Origin: Felis catus
Taxonomy: Eukaryota
DNA: 64,000 bases
Reading direction: 5' to 3'
Assembly: GCF_018350175.1 (NCBI RefSeq)
Contig: NC_058383.1
Coordinates: 20,152,001-20,216,000, forward strand
The notes beneath the pieces are model-generated. The model saw only the letters and a list, made by a program, of their open reading frames with translations. It ran no database searches and was not told the DNA's origin. Shown piece by piece: positions 35,171 through 48,009 of this stretch. Position 1 is the first letter of the stretch. Each line of letters begins with the position of its first letter. Made by a program: the position numbers and the translations under genes.

Positions 35171-36618
35171 ACCGAGCCCAGCTTTAGAGCCCGACTTCAT
35201 TAGAAGGTGAGGCCAAGGAGGGCAGAGACTTAGGGTGTTATTGTTGTTGATTTTGGTTTTGCTGTTCTTTCTTTGATCCCTGGGACCCCAGGCAGCCTCC
35301 TGGCCCAGCACAGATTCCCTGTGAGTAAATGACACTGACCAGCTAGACATACAGCCCATGGGAGCCCTGGCACCAGCCCGCGGGGGCTTCTGTCTACGCA
35401 CAGGGGTATCCACTCTCCCGGCATCAGCTGACTGTCCAGAGTGGCTGTGCCCAGGCTGGGTCCGTGGATATTGCCCATGTCAGCATTTCTACGTGATGCC
35501 TCAGGACATTTGTCATCCTCAAGGAGACTCCTGGACGGCCAGCCGGGGAGGCAACTCCTCCACGCCTGTCCTCGGCAGCCTGCGTAGGCGGGCTGGAGGG
35601 CCCAAGGTGGGGTGCTTGCTAGCCTCCCGTGCTCCCCCTCCTAATCTCTGCGACCAACTGGGACCCCTGCGTAGGAGTCCACAAGACCCCGAAGAAGGTG
35701 GATTCCACCTGCGACACAAAGGATTTAGATTACACCCAGGGGAGATGCTAAGAGCAGGGGGTAAGATGCATTCCCACCACGAGGACAGTTCTGAGGGATT
35801 TGCAAGCAGCCAAAATGGCCCCGGGGCTGCTGGGAGTCAGGGCACAGGCCTTGGCCCCTGGGTGCAGAGGAGTGGCCTGGGCGGCCTCCATTCTCCAGCC
35901 ACCTTCCCTGAGCACAAGTCCACAGTCCCTCCGGCTCGGCGGGGAGCCCTGGAGGGGCGAGTTGCGCTTTTCGATCATTTTCATCCATATTGATTATGCA
36001 AACGTGGCCCTTTCTTCACGGCATCACCGCTGAGCGTGAACTGAGTGCACAAAGGCCTCCGTGCAGAGCAGCGCTAATAAGGCTTTGCCTCCTGAAACGC
36101 GCCCGGGGAAGCAAGCGCCTGGGTGGCTGTCTCGACCGCTCCCACGGATCCTCCAGGAACCGCCGAGCGGTGGCAAACACCCGCCCTCAGCGTGCTCCTC
36201 TTGTCAGAGTCCACTCTGTGGTGTGATATTATAATTACAGATGAACAGCGAGATATTTGCATAGCAAACAGCACCGTTTCCCGGGGATCATTAGAGGGAT
36301 CGAGCAAGGCCCGAGAAAGTGTCAGCCCCGGGATGGCTCAGAAACACGGCTGAGCTCTCACGGGTTGCGTGCCTGTGTGTGCTATGGGGTTGTTGCTTGT
36401 TTTCTTTTTTTTTTTTTTATGTTTGGTAAAATAACGAGGAAAATAATTCCAATAATAGCTGCCCTGTATATTGCATGCTTCTTACATGGCAGGCGTTACC
36501 CCAAGCACTTGGCGTGCGTAATTTTATTTTATCCTTACCACGGCTTTATGAGCCCCATTTCATGCACAAGGAACTCAAGCACAGAGAAGTGAGGGAACTT
36601 GCCTCGATCACACAGTTC

Positions 36619-36825
36619 TTTTTTTTTTTTTAATGTTTATTTACTTCTGAGACAGAGACAGAACACGGGTCGGGGAGGGGCAGAGAGAGAAGGAGATACA
36701 GAATCCGAAGCAGGCTCCAGGCTCCGAGCCGTCAGCACAGAGCCCGACGCGGGGCTCGCACTCACCACGACCCGAGCCGAAATCAAGATTCGGATGCTTC
36801 ACCGACTGAGCCACCCAGGCGTCCC
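36619..36825 (-). mobile_element. Can-SINE
   Basis: Reverse SINE with T tail, ending CCACCCAGGCGTCCC; follows a MIR relic (about 36450-36616). Confidence 0.93.
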
Positions 36826-37044
36826 TCCCTGATTGTATTTTAATAGCCTAGGCGTGCTGCGGATCTATTTACGTTCTGTGTCCCTTCGGAGGCCCACAAG
36901 CCAGGGTCACAGCGAAGGTTTCTTGGCTCCCCGTTGAGAACAGGAGCGCTAGGTGAGGCTTGCAGAGAGTTTGCTATGGGTTCCCCAGAAGTTCTAAGCA
37001 ATTTATCTATTTAATAAACAAATTAATTTATTTAGGAAGCTTAT

Positions 37045-37218
37045 GGGGCACCTGGGTGGCTCAGTCGGTTAAGCGGCTGACTCTTGATTTCAGCTTCGGT
37101 CGTGATCTCACAGATGGTGAGTTCGAGCCCCAAGGCAGGCTCTGGGCTCACTGCGCAGGGCTCTCTCTCTCTCTCTCTCTCTCTCAAAAATAAATAAACA
37201 TTAAAAAAAAAAGAAAGA
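37045..37218 (+). mobile_element. Can-SINE with internal deletion
   Basis: Head and B-box followed directly by (CT)n and the A tail. Confidence 0.9.
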
Positions 37219-39547
37219 AAGAAACTTGTGCTGTGTTCAACAGGTGAAGAAAGCAAGGCACAGAGAGACTGAGAATTTTTGCCTGAGTTGCCACAGCCTG
37301 GTAATAAATGAGGCAGGATTTGAACTCCAGCGGTGTGGGTTCTGAGTACAGTCCCTTCAGCGACTACGCCACGCCTCCAGATCTCTGGCGTTTGCTGATT
37401 TCCTGGAAGTAAGATGTTTATATGTTTCCAAGAACCTCTGATGGAGGCTTAACCAGTATCCTCCTCCTTGGATATAAGAGGAAACTGAGGTCTGGGGAAA
37501 GGGGGGGGAGACCCACAGACTCCGGGCTAAGAGGAGGCAGGTCCTGGGGTCTGCATTGGCGTCATGCTTCCTTGGACCCTGAGCGCACCTTCCGTTGGGC
37601 AGATCGAGTTTTGTCCCTTCACCATCTCCGGGCTGCGCCGCATCCCCGGCCTTTTGGGGAACGTCCTCTTCCATGTCACACAGCGATGACCACCCTCCCC
37701 CCCCCCCACAGCCCCCCACTCAGCATCTCATTAGTCAACTCACTCCTGAACTCGGGATCTCTGTGTGATAGACTTCAAGTAAATTATCATTTTATTTATA
37801 GCTTCCTGTCTTCCAGCAACGTACGCGGCAATATGTTATGTGGCTCGTAAAAAAATTACGAAAATAAAATAAAATGAAATGACACCTCGAGCCGCACTCT
37901 CACTAATTAGGGAGACTTCCACACCGCTGTTAATTCGAGAAGCTTGAAATGTGCGCCAGGAGCCAGCCCGAGAGGACAGACTCACGCAGCTGCGGGGCTC
38001 AGATTTCACATTAAGTCAAACAATTATCTTGACGGGCGGAGCGAGCCCCACAAAGTGTCGCTTTAATGAAATCCTCAGTCCCCTGGCTGAGGCCCTTGCA
38101 CCAGCCGGGGGACGTCTGGGTGGTGCGAGGGAGTTCCCCGTGCACCTGCCGCTCCACGTTCCCTAACCCCAGACGCTGCCAGATTTTCCAGATATTTATT
38201 CCGGAGGCTCACACCGGCGGCCCAGGGCCGGAGAAGAAGCAGGCAACCTGGGTTCCCGTTCGTTGGAAACCGCTCTCCTTTGTTTGTTTTGCCCGCCAGC
38301 GTGATTGCTAGCTTTTGTTGCATTTGAAACAATTTCACGTTGAGACGGGAGCTGCGAACAGAGGACAGAGGATTCGAGCTCCCACGGACCCATCAGCCAG
38401 CTTCCCCCGCCGTGGGCATCTTGCACGACCAGGGTCCACGCGGCGTCGGGCACCCCGCAGGCGCCCAGGATACATGTGTCACGAAAGACAGACGCAAACT
38501 CTGTTCTGGCGGAGCTCGGGGGCTGGGGGGAGGCACAGCGTGCAACAGACCCATGCCGGTGGTCACAAGCCACGTCCCTCGGATGCCGTAAAAGTCAGCA
38601 TTAAAGGGACGCGTCAACGTGTGAGAGTCACCTCGCTGACTCTGGAGCGCAGAGGGAGACACGGAAGGGGGGCTGGCTAGCTGGGAGGGAGCTGAGGACA
38701 GGGGTGTGTGCCATCTCAAAGACCCGCATGAGGACCCTCATACGTGTGCACGTGCGATGCGGGGGGTGGGGGGGAGCCGCTCAGCACCGTTGGAAAGCGG
38801 ACATGATCCAGTTTCGTGGAAGATGCCGTGTGTCAGGACAAGGCGGGGAGGGGTCATGAATGATGGAGCGTCCATTCGTTCCTCTGGACCGTTGGAGGCA
38901 CATCCCACCAGTTCTTGACCTCTGCTCTTGTCCACCTGGCAGTCAGCAGGATCCTGTTTAACACGCTCAGTCAACGCCGGTCCTCCTCTTTCTAGAACCT
39001 TCCACAGCCTCTCTCTCTCACTCAGGTCGCAGAAACCCAGGGCTTCCGCCCCACTGCTCTCTACCCCTTCCTGGGCTGCTCCAGGAAGAGGCCGAGCAGC
39101 TCCAGCCTTGGGGCCTTGGCCCTTGTTGCCTCCTCTGCTTAGGCAGCTCACTCCCAGGTCCCTTCAAAGCTTGCTCCCTCACTTCATTCACATCGAGTCT
39201 CCGCTGTCACCTCCTCAGAACCGTCCTTCCTGCCCGTCCGATGAAAGCTGAGCACCTTGCTTTGTTTTCCTTCCCAGCACGTCTTGCAGCCTCACAAAGT
39301 TACGGTTTTGATGGTTTTCTTCTTGCGTACCCATAGGATGTTGTCAAAACCAGGTCATTGGCATTGGTGCAACACTATTTAATAAATAGTGCTAGTTGGC
39401 AATGCACCTGTATTTCGATGAGGTGATTCTAAACAAAAAGTACGGAATTCAGATCCTTATTAAAAAATCCACCTCGGAGAACACCGATTTTGATATCTGG
39501 AGACGTCAGCTGGCATGGAGTGAAGGCTGCCCCATTGCATTGTCTTG

Positions 39548-39728
39548 TTTATTTATTTATTTTGAGAGAGAGTGTGCGCGTGAGCAGGGGAGAGGCAGAG
39601 GGAGAGAATCCCAAGCAGGCGCTGCACCGTCAGCCCGATGTGGGGCTCGAACTCACAAGCGGGGAGATCATGACCTGAGCCGAAACCAGGAGTCGGACAC
39701 TTAACCGACTGAGCCACCCAGGTGCCCC
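39548..39728 (-). mobile_element. Can-SINE
   Basis: Reverse SINE ending GAGCCACCCAGGTGCCCC. Confidence 0.92.
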
Positions 39729-40255
39729 AAGGCTGTCTCACTATAGAGGGCATTGGGTCTTTATCTCGCCATGGTCCTGTGCTGGCTGACCTCACTGGTA
39801 TACGTCACCAGCCCGGCTTCTGAAGGCATTCGTACTTGCTACGTAACTGCTTCTAGGAGCAAAGAAAAATGTCCCAGTAAAAAAATCCCATCATGTGATA
39901 CACCACCCATCATCTATTGCCCAGCTGTGATGATTCAAAGAGAGACTGCTTAACCAGAAAGCTCGTGAGGTGGGAAAAGGTTTGTCTCATTCTTTGGGGC
40001 TCCAGTGCAGAAATGGGAACCAGTGGGCAGATTTAATTGGGATGCTTTAGGCGGTGGTGAGGCTTCCGGCACTGGAGGCATTCAAGCAGAGACAGAGCGG
40101 CCACCTGTTGAGAGTGCTGGAGAAAAAGATCTCTGTTGGAAGACGCAGATGAGATGCTATTATTCTTAGGACCATTTTATTGCTGAGGTGCTTGGGTTCT
40201 GATTCTGTAACTGGACGTCCGACAATTAAAATGTGGGGGGGGTGCGCGGGGGGGG

Positions 40256-40490
40256 GGTCATGCATGGGTGGCTGAGTCTGTTAAGCGTCCGGCTTCGGCT
40301 CAGGTCATGATCTCATGGCTCGTGAGTTTGAGCCCCGCGTCGGGCTCTGTGCTGACAGCTCAGAGCCTGGAGCCTGCTTCGGATTCTGTGTCTCCCTCTC
40401 TCTCTGCCCCTCCCCTGCTCATGCTCTGTCTCTGTCTCAAAAATAAATAAAACATTTAAAAAAATTTTAAAAAAAATGAAAAAAACCAAA
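40256..40490 (+). mobile_element. Can-SINE
   Basis: TGGGTGGCTGAGTCTGTTAAGCGTCCG head, canonical body, A tail. Confidence 0.93.
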
Positions 40491-41100
40491 ACGAATGATC
40501 TCAGACCCCAGACCTGGGAGTCTGGATTCAGAACATGTGGGCGGAAGCTTAGAAATTTGAGCCTTTAACGAACTCCATACATTATTGTGAAGCCCAGGGG
40601 CTGGGATGGAAACGGCTGACCTGCACCAGCCCTGGGACCTAACATGATGACCCTGACCCTGGGAAATGCATCCCCTTGTGTCCCCTTCCATCTTCCGTTC
40701 ACTTACACTCCTAAAGATGAATGTGGAGAGACTCCGATGGGCCAGACCGTGTGCTGGGCACTGAGGAATCATTGCTGGACAAAAGAGACTAAACAAAGAA
40801 ATAAACCCCTCACCCTCATGGAGCTCGTGACCCATTGGATGTGACTTTACTTATTTTTAATTAGATCCTATATTCCAAGGGAGGAAGGGGGTAATTAGCG
40901 ACTGAAGGATTCTGGGGAAATTTCAAAAGGGGCTGCCAAGGGGGTGGGAGGGACATGACGTGGGGAATGACCACTCAAGGGTATCAGGTTTCTTTCCGGG
41001 GTGCTGAAAACGTTCTGGAATTAGACAGCGGTGATAAGTGTGCAACGCTGGGAGTGTACTAAATACCACTGAATTGTCTAACTTTAAAGGGGCGGATTTG

Positions 41101-41303
41101 GGGGCACCTGGGTGGCTCAGTCGGTTGAGCGTCTGACTCTTGATTCCGGCTCCGATCGCGATCTCATGGTTCACGAGTTCAAGCTCCACGCTGGCTCTGA
41201 GATGGTAGTACACAGCCTGCTTGGGCTTCTCTCTCTCCCTCTCTGCCCCTCCTCTGCGCTCTCTCTCTCTCTCTCTCTCATAATAAATAAACATTAAAAA
41301 ATA
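41101..41303 (+). mobile_element. Can-SINE
   Basis: Canonical head and tail; decayed TSD AAAGGGGCGGATTT / AAAGGGTAGATTT. Confidence 0.92.
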
Positions 41304-41888
41304 AAAGGGTAGATTTTACGATGTGTGAATTACACCAGTAAAAAATAGACAAAGTCGATAAAAATTAGTGAACGCGGATGCCGAGGCTCTGGATCCTGCG
41401 TGCATTGCTGGTGGGAATGTCAATAGCTCTGGGAAAACTGGCTGACGGTTCCTTTGAAAGCTAAAAATGGACTTACCACATAAACCAACAGTTGCACCCT
41501 TGGGCATTTCTCCCGGAGAAACAAAGGCTCATTATCATTCACGCACTGGAACACAAATGTTCCCAGCAGCTTTATCCATAATAGCCCCAAACCGGAAACC
41601 ACTCAAATGTCCTTTAATGGGGAAATTGTTTAACCACACTGGGGGCCGTCCATGTCATGGAAAACAGCTCAGGTACACAGAACAGCATGGAGGAATCTCA
41701 GGGAAATTCTGCTGAGATTTTACATTTCTTTCCCCAAAGGATGATTCTGTTCACGTAAACGTGTATGAAATCATCCGGTAACAGAGCTGATTAGGGATTG
41801 CGGTGGCTATGGAGAGGTAACACGAAGGAGTCTTCTGATGGGGCAGTTGAGTATCTTGATGACTATGGCGTGGCCAAGTTGCAAAGAG

Positions 41889-41890
<2 letters not shown>

Positions 41891-41926
<36 letters not shown>
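41891..41926. repeat. (CA)n microsatellite
   Basis: About 18 AC units. Confidence 0.97.
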
Positions 41927-41929
<3 letters not shown>

Positions 41930-42564
41930 GAGTGTACAGGTCACAGATGACATCTGAGTGACACCTCTGGAGCCTGGATTGTGCCAACGTCCCTTCCTAG
42001 GTCTTGGTAACGTGCTGTAGTTGGATAAAGTGTTACCGCCGTTCCAGCTTCGCGGAAGGCTGAGGAAATGGTGCACAGACGTTCCCCGTACGTTTCTTTT
42101 CGGGCTCCCATGCATGAATCTATAACTATTTCAACATAAAGAGTTACAAGCGAGTGGCTAAACAAAATCAGAAGCACCAAATCAGTATGTTGAGGGTTCC
42201 ACTATTTACAGAAAATAGGCAGAACAGTGTTATAGATGAATTTGCCTCTGGTGGCATAGAAGTCTCCGAAGAAATACACACGAGGCTGACAGCATTCGTC
42301 TAGTGGGAGTGGCACCTGAGGGGCTGGGGGACGGAAGCGAGCAGGGAGTTTTTGCTATATCCTCTTTTGTGTCTTTGAATTTTTGAGCCACGTGCATACA
42401 TTCCCTGTTGATAAATAAATATTAAAAGCGATCTAGCCACTTCCACCCCTGGTAAGATGGGGAGGACACACACGCTTTTCCCTTTTCACCCCATTAGGTA
42501 CAGCTAACCCTCCCCGGACATATAAATAAAATAAACATGAGAAGACTCCAAAGCGGGGAGAGAA

Positions 42565-42779
42565 GGGGCACGTGGGTGAGCACCGACTCTTGGTTTCGGC
42601 TCAGGTCATGAGGTCACGGTTTCTGGGATCGAGCCCCCCCGTCGGCCTCTGCACTCACAGCCTGGAGCCTGCTTGGGATTCTCTCTCCCCCCCCCCCCCC
42701 CGCCCCTCCCCTGCTCTCGCACTCTCTCTTTCTCTGTCTAAATAAATAAAGTAATTTGAAAAAAAGAAAAAAAGAAAAA
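42565..42779 (+). mobile_element. Can-SINE
   Basis: Degenerate head, poly-C/CT body, A tail. Confidence 0.88.
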
Positions 42780-43175
42780 GGTGGGGAGAAGGAGGCAGAC
42801 TGTCCAGGGACCTGGAAACCCGAGGAACAACATGGCGGTGAGGTCCCTGGGGTTTCGTTCTGCCTCGCGGATCCCAGACTACGTGGTGGGAAACCAGCCG
42901 GAGATGCCAGCTCCCCCATTTCCATCGGCAAAGGTTGGGCAGAGAACCTAGACTTCTACCCTTGTCAGGCTGTAGCAAGGTGACCCAGACTCCTCTGCGG
43001 GGGCGAAGTCGATGTGGGGAGCCTGGACTTCCACACTTGCTGGGAGGAATGAGTCACTCCTTTCCCTCCTCACTGGGATAGTGTCTGAAGAGGCTTCACG
43101 GAGAGTCGGGACTTAGACCACTGCTCAGCATTCATGAGGCCACCGATGCTGTAGTATCAGAGGAGGTAACGTAAG

Positions 43176-43273
43176 GAGCAGTAATGTGGCTCACGTCCCC
43201 TCCCTGGTAGAGTGTTATCAGCAGAGCAGTGATGTGGTTCACGTCCCCCCTCCCAGGTAAGGTGTTATCAGTA
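43176..43273. repeat. imperfect ~49-bp tandem duplication
   Basis: GAGCAGTRATGTGGYTCACGTCCCC...GTGTTATCAGYA twice (43176-43223, 43224-43273). Confidence 0.85.
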
Positions 43274-43868
43274 GGGAGCCTGAGCTCCCAGTCCCCCCCC
43301 CCCCCACTGGTAACAAGGAGCCTCTTCTCCACCGTGTGTCAGTGGGGGCCAAGTGTAGACTCTGGAGTTCTACCTCCACATGGCGGTAACGAGCTGGTGT
43401 CCCCTCTTTCCCAACTGGGGCAACGCCAGAGGAAGCCTGCTGAAACATAAAATCTGGATACGATCCCAAGTCCTATCACGTAATATTCAAAAATGGCCAG
43501 GTAGCAGTCAAATATCACTCGGTAGACCAACAATCAGGACTCTTGCAACTTGAATGGGAACAAGGCAACTGACCCAATCCGGCTCCAGGATGACAGAGGT
43601 GTGGAATCACCTGACAAGTATTGTAAGTAGCTGTTGTGAAAACGTTTCAGCGAGGAACGGCAAACGCCGTTGAAACAAATGAAAGTGTAGGAGGTCTCAG
43701 CCAATTTACTAGAAATGCTCAGTAAAGAAATATGATATGACGAAGAACCACGTGGAAATTTTAGAACTGCAAACAGAAAAAAAGATGAAGTAAAGACTCA
43801 ATGGATTGGCGTAGTAGTAGAATGAAGAGGAAGAGAGAGGAAAGTGAATTTTAAATAGAAATTGCCCA

Positions 43869-44092
43869 GGGGCACCTGGGTGGCTCAGTTGGTTAAGCAT
43901 CTGATTTCAGCCCAGGTCATGATCTCGCGGTTGGTGAGTTCGAGCCCCACATCGGGCTCTGTGCTGACAGCTCGGAGCCTGGAGCCTGCTTTGGATCCTG
44001 TGGCTCCGTCTCTCTCTGCCTCTCCCCTGCTCATGCTCTGTCTCTCCCTCTTTCAAATTTAGAAATAAAAATAAAATAATAAAATAAAATAA
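43869..44092 (+). mobile_element. Can-SINE
   Basis: Canonical, with (AAAAT)n tail; AAATAGAAAT on both flanks. Confidence 0.93.
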
Positions 44093-44989
44093 AATAGAAA
44101 TGACTCAATCTGAACTCAGAGAGAAAAAAGAGAAAAAAGATGGGGGAAAAAACTCCCAATGAACATGCGGGACATGTGGATTATAACAAAACACCTAACC
44201 CCTTGGGTCATCAGAGTCCTAGAGGAGAAGAAATAGAGTGGGGATGAAAAACTATGCCAGGAAATGATGGCTAAATATCCCCACCTTTAGCAGAAGACAT
44301 AAATCCACAGATTCAAGAAAACGAGTGAATTCTAAACAAGAGAAGTCCAAAGAAATCTACAGCAAAGTTATAAAATAAACCAAAATGAAGTTCAAAGAAT
44401 GGAAGTCATGTAGCATGTGTCCTCTGTCCATCAGAGAATACACCCAGAAAGGTAACAGAAAAATCTCCAAACACTCAGAAACTGAACACCACGCTTCTAA
44501 ACGATCCGGGGCCAAAAGGGAAATCTCAGGAAAAGTTTTAAATGCCTTTAAATGAACGAATAGGACCACACAATGTATCCAACTTTGTGGTGCCCAAGGA
44601 AAACAGGGTTAAGAGAGACTTACACGGCCCCTAACGCTTATAACAGGGAAAAAAAGTCTCAAATTAATGATTTAAGCTCTTGCCTCAAGAAACTAGACAA
44701 AGAAGACAAAATGAGCTAGAGCAAGTAGAGAGAAGGAAATAATAAAGGTAAGAGCAGAAATCCATGGAACTTAAAACAGAAAAACAATAAGGAAAATCAA
44801 ACAAAACCTTGTTCTCTGAAAAGCTCACCGTAATTGACAAGCCTCTCGTGAAACGGACAAAGGAAAAAAAAGAAGAGAGAAGACAGAAATTACAAATATT
44901 AGGAATGAAATGGGGGGGATGTCGTTGCAGACCCTGCAGTCATCGAAGGAATAATGAGATAAGAAGTGAGTCTGGGTGGTGATTTGCTG

Positions 44990-45400
44990 TATGTTCTTCC
45001 AGAGCGGACCCTGAGACGCGGACACAGGGGGTTTATATGGAAGGTGACCCCATGAAGCCCAAGTGAAGGGGAGGAGGCGAGGCAGGGACGGTGGGAGAGT
45101 CAGTGAGGGGCGCCTTCGTGGGCAGGTCGCGCCTGGGACTCGCTCCTGCTTGAATCCCTGAGGAGCCACGTTGGTATCGTCCCAGGCTGGACCACTGACC
45201 TCCCGCCCCAAGTCCCGTGATGCACCACGCAGGAGAAAGCCAGGCAGAGGAGTGGAGAGGCGAGGCTCCACACCTTCTCCGGGAGGGTAAGGCTGGGCAT
45301 AGATAGCACCTGCCCCGGGCGGGATCCGGGAACCTGCTGCAGTCCACACTTGAACTGAGTCTGCTTCTTTAGAGGCCCTTAGAGCCACAGACCGCAGACC
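44990..45400 (-). mobile_element. LTR33-like LTR relic
   Basis: GCGGACCCTGAGAC...TTTATATGGAAGGTGACCCCATGAAG...GGCAGGGA pattern shared with 29485-29900. Confidence 0.5.
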
Positions 45401-46339
45401 CCATCATCGGACAGCAAAGGGAACAGCAGGCAGCATGGTCCTCTTGGCGATGAGCATTATTCCGGGGTAGACAGAAGAAGGATTATCAACCCCCCCTTTT
45501 CAAGATGGAGAAACTGAGGCTCGGAGATCTCAGCTAACTCACCTTAGGACACCCAGGTCCTGCTAACATAAGGACTCTCAAACCTCCCAGGGTTCGTTTC
45601 ATTTTGTTTTGTTTTTTAATCGCCTCTCCCGGAGGCCAGGGCTCAGCAGATAGTTGCTACGTGCACACGTTAATGAAACCGGTTCTTCCTCATCCCAATG
45701 GACAACTGTGAAGGGGAGCTTTAAAATATTCTGCTTATTCCCTCCTAGCCAGATCTCCAAGGAGAAGAGCCAGAGTTTGTGCCCCAGCCAGCCATTTCCT
45801 GGAGTTCAAATCTGTCACTGTCAGACAGAGAGATGCTGAAGGGTCCGTGTTCTCAGGCACGTGGAGCTCCCCAAGCAGAAAGAATCAAAGATCCGTCTTC
45901 TTCGCATGGCGGGAGCTCCTTGGGGGCTCGCTCGAGGTCTGGCAAGCATGAGCCCGCGGGCCAGTGTGAGACGACCATGGAGATGCCCGGATGGGGAGTC
46001 ACAGCGGAAGGGCAGGTGCACGTGAATTAGGAGGGGCTGCCCTTGTCTTTTCAGTTGGCTAAGGGAACCCAGGGAGGATGTCCGGTCGTGACTTTGACTC
46101 TTCTTTGATATTATTCCTCCTTCACGGTCCCAGCTGGAGGATGACCATGCTCATACTGTGTGCGGCCCTCACGCTCGGGGTGGATCAGGAAATCCAATCC
46201 GTGACTAGGACGACTGACTGCGTCTCTCTGAGACTGTGAAGGAAGACACTCAGGCAGGGCCCTATGGAAGGAGGGTCGGCGCTGGGAAGTTTGCAGCTCA
46301 GGGTTGGAGGGGACTGAGGAGGCCACAGAATTCCAAAAG

Positions 46340-46780
46340 GAATTCTTTCTCTCACAAGTGCCAGGAACTTGAAAACTAATTAGCTTACACACAAGAAGGG
46401 GGTTTACAGGCAACTGTGAAATCCACCAGAATGTAGGCTTCAGGCACTGCTGGATCTAGGGGCTCACATGATGTCATATAACCTATTTCTCTCTTCGCGG
46501 CCGAGCTTTGCTCTACTCCACGTGCTGCCTTGACTCCCAAAGACGATTTATCATGGAGGTCGCAAGATGACTCCCGCTGTTCCAAGAGCCTACGTTGCCC
46601 GTCTTTGGAACCTCATGGTAAAGACAGAGAGCGATTTTCCACGATGCGCCGGCAAAGGCATCTTACTGACTCCGGTTGGACCATGAGACCATCCCTGAGC
46701 CAACTTCTGGGACCAAAGAGAACACAATGAGCTGATTGGCTAAGGTGTTGGCCACCAGCTGTATCCCTAACATTGGTCCG
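46340..46780 (-). mobile_element. old MaLR LTR (MLT1K/L-like)
   Basis: GGCTTCAGGCACTGCTGGATCTAGGGGCTCACATGATGTCA...CCATCCCTGAGCCAA...GCTGATTGGC. Confidence 0.55.
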
Positions 46781-48009
46781 TGCGACCTTCACCGACTCAC
46801 ACCGTCTGGCAAAGAGAAGGAGGGGAAATTGGCAAACATCTGGAAGAAGAATGAGTGGACGGGGGTTGAGTGCCTATACCGCTGCTAAATGAAGGCGGAC
46901 GTATGTGGAGACGGAAATGGAGGGTTGGGTAGAAGACAGACAAGGTACTCTGGTCACATAGAGAGGGATAGAGGATGACCAAGGAAGGGAAGAAAGACAC
47001 AGACCCCCTTAGACCTTCATTTTCTCAGTTTTATACTCCTCCCAAAGCCCCAAGTATAGTTGCCGTCTCTGTCTTTACAATGAGCCCCCTGTTTTCCTCC
47101 AGATGGGTTTCTGTTTCTTACCACCATCAGCCCCAAACTTAGACACATGCTGGCTTCCCCCGGCCGCTCGGACAGATGGCTGGGTTGACACAACAGTGAG
47201 GGGACCCCCTGTGTCTAGATGCACTTTAGTAGATGAATCATGAGCTCCCACGATTTCAGCCTTAATTTCTCGAAGTGCAATTGTCTCCTCCGTTACTAAG
47301 CACTGTTAGTCCTAATTAGCCAGTTTGCAGGCAATTTTTCAACCTATCAAGTAGTGAAATAAAATAATGAGTTCGGCGAGGAAGACTGGAAAGGCAGCGA
47401 GTTCACTAGGGAACTGGTGTTTTATTACGAATTCCACTCAGGGTTAAGCTACGGGCTTTTTGGGTTTTTTTTCCCCCCCTGCTTTCCTCCTAATTGTACC
47501 TTCAAGTCAGGAGAATCATGTCAGGATATGAAGCTGAGAGATGCTTCTATGTTTCCCTTATAAACGAGCTCGATTGAATTCATGATTACACCCAGTTAAT
47601 TTGGATGCCTTAATGATCCTGTTTGCAGGGACAGGAAATCAGATTGAATGCGTTATGCCCACCTCATTCGATAACATCTCTCGGGAGTTTGCTGGAAAGC
47701 AAAATATTAAAAGTCCTCTGCCTGTGTTTCCAGACATGTCTTTGGACTTTGACATTCTTTCGTTTTCGAAGACTCGAGCCACCCAACGGTGTGAGTCCGA
47801 GGAAAGGGAGCAGATCGACTCGCAAAAATTCCAAGTCCTAAGTACTTCATGATCTGGCCTTGTCTGTCTTTCCGCTCTCCCCTTCTGGACCTCATGCTTC
47901 AGGCACTCGATACATGCCCCTTCTGAGAACGCCTCCTCCCTAACTCAGCACTCCTCTCGTCCGCCCTGCAGGTCCCCAGGGGGCGCTGCTCCCCCCTGAA
48001 CACCCTGGG

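Larger units (their letters stand above)
40890..42150 (+). mobile_element. old L1 (L1MB/MC-like) ORF2-end and 3' UTR fragments
   Basis: TGCTGGTGGGAATGT, CAGCTTTATCCATAATAGCCCCAAACCGGAAACCACTCAAATGTCC, ACTAAATACCACTGAATTG; contains a SINE and a (CA)n repeat. Confidence 0.75.
42436..44960 (+). mobile_element. old L1 5' region / ORF1 / ORF2 fragments (L1M-type)
   Basis: A-rich L1-like segments (GAAATTTTAGAACTG, CATCAGAGTCCTAGAGGAGAAGA, AAATCCACAGATTCAAGAA, AAATTACAAATATTAGGAATGAAA); repeated GC-rich monomers near 42950-43450; two SINEs inserted. Confidence 0.7.

Noticed and set aside
35358..35993. Longest ORF in the window (211 aa)
   Set aside because: GC-rich chance ORF; no recognisable domain, low-complexity Gly/Pro/Arg composition, no supporting gene structure.
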